The notes under the pieces are model-generated. The model saw only the letters and a program-made list of their open reading frames with translations. It was not told the origin of the DNA and ran no database searches. Shown in pieces: positions 24,069 to 36,613 of a DNA stretch of 64,000 nucleotides. A program made the translations under genes and the position numbers. The DNA comes from Antedon mediterranea. Its lineage: Eukaryota > Animalia > Echinodermata. Where the stretch lies: assembly GCF_964355755.1 (NCBI RefSeq), contig NC_092674.1, positions 9,610,001-9,674,000 on the forward strand. Reading direction: 5' to 3'. Numbering within the stretch: position 1 is the stretch's first letter; each line of letters starts with the position of its first letter.

Positions 24069-25440
24069 TTGTAAATGTTAATACAGTAGATAAGATAGGA
24101 TTCAAAGTACCAAACGGTGAATTTACTACATCGGTAGGGTAACCCACTTATTCATTCAAAATATTATAGTTACTAAACGCTAATTATAACATTTAAGATA
24201 ATAATATAGGTTTATATAGTTTTGCTTAGGTTTATTTTCTTTCTTACTCTACTTACTTCATGGTTGTTCTTACTTAATTGAATTTTAGATTTATCAGGTA
24301 ATTATATTCAAACTTAAGTGTGTTACATAAAATATGACTTACGTTACTTATTATTGTTACATATTGCGTATATTACAGTATTAAATTATTGCTGACGTTT
24401 TTTTTATGTTAGCTTGATTTAAGTTATTTTGATTCCTTCTTTTAAATAACTAGCAAACTGCGTTATGTTATTGTTTAAATCCTTAAAGTAGACTAAGATT
24501 GCCTTTCCATTGTTCGTATTAAATCAACACTGTCGCCCTACGAAGAGATCATTATTTTAAAAGGCGATTTGCTGATGCGTGTCGCTTCACATGTGAATCG
24601 CCCAGTGTGCACCGGTTTAATGCTTTCTAAATATTTCTTCTGTGTAGGCTACAATTCCAAATGTATAACTCCGCAATGTAGACTTATAAAGAGTACTATT
24701 GTTCTCATTATCCAACAATGTCGATTAATATGGTAAACAAAGCCCATGACATTCTTGATAAATTCTGCAAATCATATCTTAAGAAAGCATGGGCCTTTAG
24801 ACAACGTATAAAGTTTAACATTATCGAATGATTTTTATATTTTATATTGTATGTAATTTGGTTTAGTTAATTCTGTTTACAGTCATCAAATAATTCACCA
24901 CAGCTGAAATAATTTAATCTATGCTTTCCTGTTTATTGATGTCCCTAATTTGGGTTCCTATAATTGTTCCTTATTATTTTTGCTGGTAGACACTCAGTGT
25001 ATCAAGAGTGTGTATATATTAACATAGTTTCTAAGTACTGTATATTCCTTTGTTCATATACTAATTTATATGCTAATTTAGTGTTCAAGCTAATGTATGT
25101 GGGTTGCATTTAATTGGTATTAGTATTACAGTTTATTTTTTATTTGGTTTTATCAAAGAATATAAATAGGTAAAGAATCAACAGTACGCGCTGTTATACA
25201 TAGAAGGATAGGAAACGCGGACGCTTATTCATGGACGCGTAAGAATCCAGCAGCCGAACGACGGCGGGCTCTAGTCTAGATATGGTTCCCGTCTAATCCC
25301 ACGTTTCGATGGATCGTGATGATCTGATGTGTTCTCGCGTCTGTGCTCTACTAATTTTAATATTATTAATATTTTGATAATCATTTTGATAAATAATCAT
25401 CGTTTTCATTTTTATAGATATTTACAATAAAAGTTTTACC

Positions 25441-25509
25441 TTACCCACGCCTGAAGGTGGCGCACTTCTTCTAGCGAAAAAGAAAGGCGCCACCTTCAGG
25501 CGTAGGCAA
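25441..25509. repeat. Small hairpin/MITE-like insert
   Basis: ACGCCTGAAGGTGGCGC ... GCGCCACCTTCAGGCGT inverted repeat. Confidence 0.6.
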
Positions 25510-25930
25510 ATAGTAACCCGGATGTGGTTTACACCGCCAACGGAACTGTTGTATCTTCTCCTTTTATTATCTTTGGTTTTATCGAACTTCCGTTTTATCT
25601 GAGTATTATCTGTTTTAATCTAGTCTATCTTTCGTTTCGTTTCGTTTATATTTTTTTATTGTATGTTTAATTGTTTTAAGGATGCACCATTATTATGTGT
25701 GCCGCTGTTCAAAAAGCGTTTTCCAAATAAATTATTATTACTACACTATTTACAAAAGTATAACTTCCTTCTTAGTGGAGGTAATAATACTACAGTACTG
25801 GGTGGGTGATTGTTTAATTTTGGCCGTGACACGATCCCCGGAAAACCATTTAGGTTCGTTCATGCGTATTATTCAAATCCTATTGAATTTCAAAGATTTG
25901 GTTTGGTACACAACGCATAGCAAAATCAAG

Positions 25931-28646
25931 ATGGCTTTGATTTATGACAATTTGTTGTCTTTAATTAGCATCCAAAATGTTGTGTTACTTGTATTCGTAA
26001 TCCTATTGGCATTATGGTTATTGAAGTCTAATAATAATTTACCACCTGGTCCTCGTGGCTGGCCGATTATAGGATCTATACCTTACATGTTCGGAGAACC
26101 ACACGAGACATTCGAGGAGTGGACAAGAATATATGGTGATATCTTCACAGTCAAATTGGGCCGGGAAACAGTAGTCATTTTAAATGGTTCTGATGTTGTG
26201 AAACAGGCCCTTAAAGACCAAGGAGAACGGTTCATAGACAGAAAAATTATACCAATAGTAGAATTTGGTTATACGATAAAAGGTAGGTGAGAATTTGTAT
26301 GGCCCAGGATTATGGACTCGCACAAAAAGGAATTCCGCGAATATAGATCTGAATAACCACCACGCTTGAAATGGTAGGAATTTTTTTGGGTATAATTAAT
26401 CAAGTTCGTACAGCAGGCCTGATCAGTTCCCACTTATTGAATATCTAACAGAGTGTGGCTATTTTGGGAGTGATCTGGTGGTATTACATATTGTCATTCT
26501 ATAGTTTGATTATAATCCCTATTGCCTTCTATTCATCCTTAGGGGGTATTGCTTTTCGAAATGGACATCCCTGGCTTGAACTTCGACGCTGGTCATCTAG
26601 CTTCCTCCGTGACTATTGCCACGGCAAGAAAGGTTTGCTTGGAAGACAGTTGAACTTAGAGAGCCAGTTGACTATAGAAGCAGAACACTTGTGTCAAGAA
26701 TTTGGTAAACGCGAAAAGCCCTTTAATCCATTTCATTGCATAAATAATGCCGTATCGAATATTATTAGTATCATTTGCTTTGGCGATAGATTTGAGTACA
26801 ACGATCCAAAATATAAGGAACTGTTAGAAGGCTTGGGGTACTTGTTTGACTGTACTGGATTCGTATCCGCACTAAATGCATTTCCCATATTATACTATAC
26901 TCCAGTGTACAAACAATTTCGTAAAACCTTGCTACATACAAAATCATTTCTAAATGATATTATAAAACGACATGAAGAAACATTCGATTCTGAAGATATT
27001 CGGGACATCATCGACGCGTATCTGCTAGAACTCCAGAAAGATGACGTTGATACCAGTGTGTTTTCCAAAGACGTACTATGGCGAACAATTCTTGATTTGT
27101 TTGTTGCTGGAACAGATACTGTTACTTCTACACTTGCGTTTACTATCGCGTTCTTAGTCAACTATCCAGAGGTACAGAAAAAGGTAGGCGTCTTGTCGTT
27201 TATACTAGGAGTAATTTAATTTATAAATGTGTTCTGTGAGTACCGATATATAGGTTACTATCAATCAAACTTGATTTGCCTTGTTTTCGTTTGTTTTGTC
27301 TTTTGTGAGATTCACTCACTTTTATTTCATTCTTTACAATTGTTACAATAATCTATATCAATTTTGTTTCAGTAGAAAACTATCTCTGCAGCTTAAATGT
27401 TTTTTTTGTTTTTCTTATTTTTAGTATTTTACATACATTTGCCTTGTTTACACTAAAATGATCATCCTAACTCTCTGAAAAAAGTACATTGGGTATATTT
27501 TCTTAATACTATATCTGTAAAGGCCTACTTAACTAGAAAATATGTGTTAATGAAATAAACATTATTTCTCTATTATAATGGCCTGTACTGTAATTTCATA
27601 TTTTCAATGTAGCTACAAAAGGAAGTGGATGAAGTAATTGGCCAGAAGAAACCAAAATGGAGCGATCGTCATTCGATGCCATACTTGGAAGCCACAATAA
27701 TGGAGATACAACGGCTGGGTAACGTTGTCCCGTTTTTCGGACGGCGTACATCTGATTGTGTTAAAATAAATGGATACGAAATTCCAGCGGATACCACCGT
27801 ATTGGTAAACTTATTTAGCGTACATCGTCATTCAGATAAATGGGCAAGACCTTTGAACTTTGAACCGGATCGATTCTTAGATGATTTAAAGAACATTCAG
27901 AAGCAAGAGGCACTTCTACCTTTTGGAATAGGTAGGTTAGACCTAATACTTCCTCCATTGTAGACTAACATATTAGTTAAAAGTAGTTAAAAGTGGTCCA
28001 AACTGGTCCACAAAATCCACATTTTCAAAAACTAAGACTAAACTGTCTTTCTGCGTTGCACCATCTCGTTTCAAATTTTAGTATACAAGACGATTATAAA
28101 TTATAAATGACGATCTGAAATGTTTGATGATTTTACATGTTTGGCTTATTTAAAGAATCCGATGAGGTAGACTCATCTTTTCCCATTATACTGGATACCG
28201 TCATATTTCATACCATAGTGGAACAAAAAGCATGGGGAAATGAATTCATCAATGGTTGCCCAGGAAGTTGTTAAATTAACAACTCCCTGGGTTGACTTCA
28301 GCCAATCATTGGGACTTGAATTATTACTTAAATAATTATGTTTTTATTGTAATACAAATCAAATTTCGATCATTGGATATTTTACGTATTAATAATTCGT
28401 AATACAGGTATTAACTTTTATGGACAATTAAACAATTATTAAATTTGTCTTATAATTCTTTCAGGTCGTCGGTTGTGTATTGGTGAACTGATGGCGAAAA
28501 TGGAACTGTTCCTTTTTACGGCAAACCTGATACAACGATTTCAATTCAAGGTACCGGAAGGAAGATGTGCTCCATCGGTACACGACTGTCTGTCTGGTAT
28601 AACACGACGTCCTAAACCCTTTGAAATATGCGCCATTAAACGTTAA
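25931..28646 (+). CDS. Cytochrome P450 (clan 2-like), copy 2: join(25931..26282,26543..27183,27613..27931,28465..28646), ~497 aa
   Basis: PPGPRGWP, WLELRR, AGTDTV, EIQR, PDRF and FGIG|RRLCIG. Canonical splice sites with the same intron phases as copy 1. Confidence 0.94.
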
Positions 28647-29430
28647 GCAAATTTCTGATATTATGTATGTATGATATTGAGTTTAGGATTCCTTTGGCTG
28701 CCGGTATTTTTATGGAATTGAATAAAATAAATGTTTTTGCATTTTAGTTTACATGAAACAAATTGTATGTTGCACAAGTTTCGACGCATCGTATTGCAAT
28801 GTCTTTCGTATCTATTTCAAACTGTGACTTTCAAACTTTCTAACATGAGAAATGTTTAATGTAAATCTGTAAAATTATTATCTCGCAGGTCTAATGACAT
28901 AATTTTAGTTTATTATGTTGTTGTGTATAGCCATACATTTAAAGAAAACATTGTATTTCGAGTCATTCTGAAGTAGGCCTATGCCTACTCTATTTGGTTG
29001 TCGTTGAAGTGCATTAAAAATAATCAGAAATATCTGCTTCGAACAAAGAAATCTTTGTGGATCATTTAAGTTAATAATTATAATTAATAATTGAAAATGT
29101 AGATTTCATTTATCTTTATGTTTTGTGCGATAATACTGTACATTTTTAACATTCATCCTTTTGGCACAGTAGGCCCTACCATTTATTTAGTCAGGTACTG
29201 TAATTGTAAAATAAATTAAAACTCACTGCTCTAGCCATCAGCTCAAGCTCGGTGTCTAGAGGTATGAACGCCAGCTAGTGTAAACTTATTCTTTATGTTA
29301 ATTCAATACTTTTTTGTGTGGTTCCATTTTTTCCTAACATGACAATAGAACGTCTCTTTATAGTGGGGTTAAGGGCTATGTGATCTCATTTACGTTCTTA
29401 CCCGGTTGCCCAATACTATAGTGTTTTGAT

Positions 29431-30143
29431 TTTTATCGCAACTCTAGGCCTATAGCTCACTATGTCGGTCGGTCGGTAAACACTAACTCAAATTCATATT
29501 TTTTTCGTTATTTTGACAGTGGATATTAATACTTGGAGGCAAATATAAATGTCTTTAAAAATTGTTCAACATTTTCTAACATTTTCAACAATTTTCGGTC
29601 GGTTGGTTGGTCGATCGGTAAATAATGTCGGTAAACACTAACTCAAATTCATATTTTTTTCGTTATTTTGACAGTGGATATTAATACTTGGAGGCAAATA
29701 TAAATGTCTTTAAAAATTGTTCAACATTTCCTAACATTTTCAACAATTTTCGGTCGGTTGGTTGGTCGGTCGGTAAATAATGTCGGTAAACACTAACTCA
29801 AATTCATATTTTTTTCGTTATTTTGACAGTGGATATTAATACTTGGAGGCAAATATAAATGTCTTTAAAAATTGTTCAACATTTTCTAACATTTTCAACA
29901 ATTTTCGGTCGGTTGGTTGGTCGGTTGGTAAATAAGGTCGGTAAACACTAACTCAAATTCATATTTTTTTCGTTATTTTGACACTGGATATTAATACTTC
30001 GAGGCAAATAATTATAAAGGTTTATAAACAATTTCCAACAATTTTTTAACATTTTCTAACATTTTCAGCAATTTCGGTCGATTGGTCGGTAGGTCGGTCT
30101 GTCATTAAACAATAACTCAAATTTGCGCTCGCGACTGCAGCCA
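29431..30143 (+). mobile_element. HINE family 2 variant with ~4 internal tandem repeats of ~155 bp
   Basis: Head ...CTATAGCTCACTATGTCGGTCGG, repeated GTAAACACTAACTCAAATTCATATTTTTTTCG units, tail CGCGACTGCAGCC. Confidence 0.7.
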
Positions 30144-30581
30144 TAAAAACACTCAAAAAATGTATACATGAGGCTAAGGCTTACATGATATTTTGGTTAG
30201 CAGACACTCGGTAAGATGGAAGACATATGGTATAAACAGGGAAGAGGACAAATTTCACTACATCTCCCTGGTATACTAAATAAATGCACATGCTATAAAA
30301 GTCGGCGCTACCAGGTTAATTGTTCATTCTAGAAGTTGTGCAATTCGGTAAATACTAAATTCGGAAGAAAACAATCTACAAACCTTCTAAATAAAATGAC
30401 CATGGAGGTGTGTAATTGTTTATTTTGGTCAAGAACACCGATGACCTTGGAAAACAAGCTTGTTCAAAACTGTCAACAATATAATTATGTTCATTCATGC
30501 GTATACTTATACACATTCACGGAATTCTAAAGATTTGGTTTGTTACGTAGACGAGTTGTGACCAAGCAAGACAATATTAAA

Positions 30582-33500
30582 ATGGCGTTGATCTATGATG
30601 ATGTGTTGTCTTTAATTAGCATCAAAACTGTTTTTTTACTTGTATTCCTAATTGTATTAGCATTATGGTTATTGAAGTCTAATAATAATTTACCACCTGG
30701 TCCCCGTGGCTGGCCCATTGTAGGATCTACGCCTTACATGTTTGGTGAACCACATGAGACATTCGCGGAGTGGACAAGATTTTATGGTGATATATTCACA
30801 GTAAAATTGGGCCCGGAAACAGTAATCATTTTGAATGGCTTGGATGTTGTGACACAGGCGTTGAAAGAACATGGCGAGAAGTTCATGGACAGACCACTTG
30901 TACCGATATTAGAATTGGGCTATACAGTAAAGGGTAGGTAAGAATTTGTTTTATTTTAAGAAATAGGCATAGTTAGATTATCTGCGCCTACGATTAGTTG
31001 AACCGGCAAAATTTGGATTAATTATATGTGTTTATATAATATATCTATCACACACGCACATTAAACAATTTACGCTTAAAATGGCGACCAAAATGGTTTA
31101 TGTACGTAGGCCTATTGTCAAAATGTGTTCTACACTATATCTACTAGACCTGAAGGTTTAAAGTTTATCCCAGGGCCCATAAATTGACCTACTTGTGGTA
31201 TACCAAATATTTATACTGTAAGATTCAGAGATTGGACTGTTCCATTCATCGCCAATCAATTAAATCTAGTATCAATCAATCAATCAATCAAAGTAACATT
31301 TATTTCTCTTGTCTTTCATAGAAAATAAAAATTAACAGTAAAAATTATTAAAATAACAGGGGCAACATTCCTAAAAAGCAAAGCTTGTATAAGGCAGCCC
31401 ATAGAAAATGAAAAAAAAAAACAGGACAACACGGGAACCGGAAACAGGACAAAAACAGTAATGAAGACTTTTAGATTCAGGGTACCGAAAAGACTAAATA
31501 TCAAAACTACAATGAGTGAAAGGATAATTAAACATAACTAGATAAGAGGTGCCGTTTCAATTTAAAAGAAAAACTCTTCTTAGACAAAGCACTTTTTATA
31601 TTAACTGGTACGTTATCCCAAAGTTTAGGACCAGTGAACTTAATGCTATGTTTAAAAGAAGTAGTTTTAAAAAAAGGAATACGTATTTGATTTGCGCTCC
31701 GAGTACTGTGGTTATGAAAATTAAGATTGAAACTAAATAAATCATTAAAGTGTGATGGCAGGATCGAGTTTAGCCATGAATAGAGGAAAACACTTTGTTG
31801 AAGATGGTTAATATCCTGAATTTTAAGAAGACCAAATGAAGAAAATAAAGGATTGGAATGGGATAAAGGAGGAGCATTTGCTATGTATCTTACGGTTTTC
31901 TTTTGGATCAATAACAGTTTGTTTAAGTAGGACGGGTATGTATTACCCCAAATAATATTACAGTAAGTGAGGTAAGGGAGGATTAGTGAACAGTAAAGAA
32001 TCCGGAGTATGTTTTGAGGGATGAAAGATGATAATCTATATATGATACCAGAACTTTTGGATATTTTGTTTTCGACTTGAGTAATCTGATGTTTCCAATT
32101 TAGCCAGGGAGTTGTAACAACTCCCTGGTATTACCTTTTTAAAGAAATTTGTTTGTCTTCAACATTATGATGCGCTGTACTCGAGCTGTTTGAGTGGTTT
32201 TCAGCTATTAAAACAATTATTGTAGAAGGAGATAGGTAAATGCGAATAATCCTCGTGTTTTTGTGTGCGAGTATTTTTCAAGATGAACACCAATTAGACA
32301 GTGTAGGCCTATACCACAATCGGAAACCACCCTATTGTGGGTTGGGGAAAATCTTTGAACCTAAATTCGTTTTAATCGTCAATAACTAATTATCTAACCC
32401 AACAGGTGGTTAAATCAGTACTGAAAGTATGAAACAACTTTGTATACAATCGAGTAAAAATTGTAGAAGTACCTAACGCGCGATTTACCGAATGTTGCCC
32501 TTACGTAAATTTATATATGAATTCCAAACTATATTCCGCAAACATAAATAGAATCTATAGTCTTTGCTCTGTAAATTTAATTGTAGCAAGATTATTTTTC
32601 TTTTTCTTTTTGCGCAACTAAACAAATTATGCCTACGTTCATGCAGTCCGGGCCGTGATTTTTTTTTTCGTACATAAGTTGGGGACCCCTTCATGAAACG
32701 TCACAAAATAAACATGAATAATTCATCAGTTAAATTTGTTGTTCCGTGTGCACCCAAGCGTATAGCAACAAGAAGTGATTACACAACTGCGATACGATAC
32801 TTTCTACAGTAGGCCTAGGATTATAAGTAAATTCACGTGATTGCCTTCGCGCACTCTTCTTCACACAAAATGTGTCGAGTCGAGGCTAATCGACAGCTAG
32901 GCAAGACATTAAACTAAGTAGTAATTCATTGGACATAGCCCAAAGAAAGCTTAGACCCACAAGAATAAAGAATGTGTATAATTTGTGTACTGTATTTTTT
33001 TAATTCTGCTATTTTATTATCAAACAATATGCATGTACTCAAAGGAACTTTAAAAATGCGCGTATATGAACACATGAGATGGGAAGATTTGACCCACGAG
33101 AATAAAAATGTATTTTTGTGTAATGTTTATTGTTTAATTTTGCTGACTTATTACTCGGATTGTGTCATACCAAAGAGTGTAACTATCTTTGGTCATACCT
33201 AACACACACACGTCACACACACCCACACAGCTACTACTAGAATAGACATGGGTTTAGAGACTAATAATTAGGCCTAATAGTATTAATAGAAACTATAGTT
33301 TTAACACGTAATTCTTTAGTAAAAAATTATATTAAAAACACCATAAACTAAAGGCTGATTATTTCGACAATCCAGGGAGTTGTTATTAATAACAACTCCC
33401 TGGACAATCCACACAAAACGCCGCTATTCTTCTATGAAATCGCACGCCGCAACAACAGCGGAGATAGGCCTAGAATCGTACCGCACTTGTGTAATCACTT

Positions 33501-36030
33501 CTTGTTGCTATACGCTTGGGTGCACACGGAACAAGAAAATTTAACTGATGAATTATTCATGTTTATTTTGTGACGTTTCACGAGGGGGTCCCCAACTTAT
33601 GTACGAAAAAAAAAATCGCGTCCGGGCCTATGTTTTCGAATCATCCATATACCGTCTACTGTATAGGCCTAGTTATACTGTATCTAATCATGGATCAGTA
33701 ATTTTTTAAATGTGCGTTTGGATCCCAATATTTTCGAGAGTGATAAATGAAAGAAATAAGTTCCTGCTATTTTAGAAAAGTGCTTCATTTTTATTTAAAA
33801 GACCTGTACCTCTTAAAGCGTTCTTAGTGTTTCTGCACATTCAGTAGGCCTAGACTACGTCAGATCATGGACTCATTATTTAGATGAATAACCAGTCGAC
33901 CAATTAAAGCAGCTCTCTCGCTCAAAGCTGCCTCGCATTAGTTATTTGAAGATAATACTTTACCGTGGGCGTACATATGTCTTTCAGGAGTACCGTCAAA
34001 ATATCACCATACACAAACCTATGGTTGATTCTATTTACTTATGTTTCAATTCTAGGGGGTATAGTTTTTGCAAATGGACATCCCTGGCTTGAACTTCGGC
34101 GCTGGTCATCTAGCTTCCTCCGTGACTATTGCCATGGCAAGAAAGGTTTACTTGGAAGACAGTTGAACTTAGAGAGCCAGTTGACTATAGAAGCAGAACA
34201 CTTGTGTCAAGAATTTGGTAAACGCGAAAAGCCCTTTAATCCATTTCATTACATAAATAATGCAGTATCGAATATTATTAGTATCATTTGCTTCGGCGAT
34301 AGATTTGAGTACAGTGATCCAAAATATAAGGAACTGTTAGAGGGGATGAGGTACTTGTTTGAGTGTAGCGGATTCGTATCCCCAGTAAATGCCATTCCTC
34401 TATTATACTACACCCCATTGTATAAGCGCTTTCGTCACACAATATCCAATACAAAATCATTTATTGATGATATTATAAAACATCATGGAGAAACATTCGA
34501 TTCTGAAGATATTCGGGACATCATCGACGCGTATCTGCTAGAACTCCAGAAAGATGACGTTGATACCAGTGTGTTTTCCAAAAACATACTATGGCGAACA
34601 ATTCTTGATTTGTTTCTTGGTGGAACAGATACTGTTACTTCTACACTTGCGTTTACTATCGCGTTCTTTGTAATCTATCCAGAGGTACAAAAAAAGGTAG
34701 GCCTCTTGTCGTTTATACTAGGAGTAATTTAATTTATAAATGTGTTCTGTGATTTTAACACTAATTAATGTTTAAATTTGTACGTTTGAGCATGGAAATT
34801 TAACAACAGAATGTGTTATCATTTTGTTATACAAGGCCTTACTGTAATTCCATATTTTAAATTTAGGTGCAGAATGAAGTCGATACCGTTCTTGGTCAGA
34901 AGAAACCAAAATGGAGCGATCGTCATTCGATGCCATACTTAGATGCCACACTAATGGAGATACAACGGCTGGGTAACGTGTCTCCGTTTTTCGGACGGCG
35001 TACTGCTGACGACGTTGAAATAAACGGTTACACAATTCCAGCTGACACGACGGTATTGATAAACTTATTCTGTGTTCATCTTAATTCGGAAAATTGGGAA
35101 AGACCTCTGAACTTTAAACCGGAACGATTCTTATCAGATGATTTAAAAACCATTCAAAAGCAAGAGGCATTCCTGCCTTTCGGAATAGGTAGGTATATTA
35201 ATTACCAATGCTGGTTGCATACAACTTGGGCTTTCCCTTGTCATTTTCAAATGCAGCGGGTTTTGTATAGCCTACAGCGTATCATCAGATCAACACCCAA
35301 AGTGTGAGTCTGTTAGAAGAGAATTCTGGACATGTAGAGAATTCGAATTTTCGGATCTAAAGCATAACTTACCATTTTAAGGAAGTGTCGATAAGCTACA
35401 GTATTTATATAGATTATTTAATATATTAAAATAGAATGTTTTTAATTGAGACCAATTACCGGTAGTGGTTTTATGGTTTAGAAGTTAAAAACAAAATAGA
35501 GGCATTCAATGTTGGGTCAATTTTTGTATCTATTATGTTGTGTTTAGTTTTATGTTTTTTATGTAAAAGGGTCCTGCGAAAACAGAAGTGTAAACTTCTC
35601 TATGCAGGATCCTTGCCATCATTTATGCTATGAAACTGTATTTATAAACGATGAGTAAATAAATTTGAATTGAATTGAATTTAAATGTCTCGTAAGTGAC
35701 GTATCATTTGCACGTCCCCAAACCATTAATTTTTAATTAGCCACCTTATTTTTTGTAACATAGTATAATTGAATTTCGATTCCTAATCTTGTCCTGTATT
35801 TATATGGACAATTATAAATAAGAATATACTAAATTATAATTCTTTCAGGTCGTCGGTTGTGTATTGGTGAGCTGATGTCGAGAATGGAGCTGTTTCTTTT
35901 TACGGTTAACCTGATACAACGATTTCAATTCAAGGTACCGGAAGGAAGATGTGCTCCATCGGTACACGACTGTCTTTCTGGTTTAACACGACGCCCTGAA
36001 CCCTTTGAAATATGCGCCATTAAACGTTAA
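30582..36030 (+). CDS. Cytochrome P450 (clan 2-like), copy 3: join(30582..30933,34056..34696,34867..35188,35849..36030), ~498 aa
   Basis: PPGPRGWP, WLELRR, GGTDTV, EIQR, PERF and FGIG|RRLCIG. Canonical splice sites. Confidence 0.94.
31060..32521 (-). mobile_element. Partial non-autonomous Helitron (same family as 51152-52350), interrupted by an L2/CR1 fragment
   Basis: 31070-31270 and 32130-32520 match 51720-52350 (AAATGGCGACCAAAATGG, GGGCCCATAAATT, CTGTACTCGAGCTGTT, TTACGTAAATTTATATAT). Confidence 0.7.
31271..32103 (-). mobile_element. CR1/L2-group LINE 3' fragment
   Basis: ORF 31528-31911 (QKKTVRYI..HSNPLF..GPKLWDNVP..SFSFKLK) resembles the C-terminus of ORF 1-2647. (TTGA)n tail at 31271-31291. 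Confidence 0.85.
32644..33630. mobile_element. MITE with ~150-bp terminal inverted repeats
   Basis: 32650-32798 is the reverse complement of 33475-33625 (GTACATAAGTTGGGGACCCC..GTGCACCCAAGCGTATAGCAACAAGAAGTGATTACACAA). Superfamily undetermined. Confidence 0.8.
35490..35682 (+). mobile_element. LINE (L2/CR1-type) 3'-UTR remnant
   Basis: Stem-loop GGTCCTGC..AGAAG..CTTCT..GCAGGATCC followed by AATAAA and a (TTGAA)n tail. Confidence 0.5.
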
Positions 36031-36613
36031 GCGTTATAACCAAATTTTCATTGGTTTGGCGCTTTCTTTCGTCTGATAGTCACCGTTGAAGTTTTCGGAT
36101 TTTGTGTTAATACTGTTCGTAATTTGGCTTTAGAATATGGGTAATAAATCAAACAAAATTACTGTTAACAGAATTTTCGCTGCGTAAGTTGTAGTAGGCT
36201 TATGTGTAGTTTCGACAAATCGTTCTCATCAATTTTCATGTTGATAACTACAGTACTGTGAATAATCCGTGACGTCAGAGAAGGGCAAACATCTGGCCAA
36301 TTTACTTAGCTCCGTGGTGCAGAGTTATTATTATAAATATATGCTATAAAAGTCGGTGCTACTCTGTTTATACTATGTATTTCTATAAAAGCTGTGCGAT
36401 TTAGAAAAAAGTTTCGAAATAATGATCATATACTATGCATTTTTTAGTTTTGGCCAATAACACCCATGACCTTGAAAAACAAGCTTGTTCAAAACTCTCA
36501 ACAGTATAATTATATTCATTCAAGCGTATACATATTATACAAATTCAGTGAATTCTAAAGATTTGATTTGGTACGTAGACAATCAGTTGTAACCCAGCAA
36601 GACAATTATTAAA

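Noticed and set aside
25682-25930. Long N-terminal extension of CYP copy 2 (and 30540-30581 for copy 3)
   Set aside because: Paralogue alignment places the start at MALIYD/MALSYD. The extensions are not conserved.
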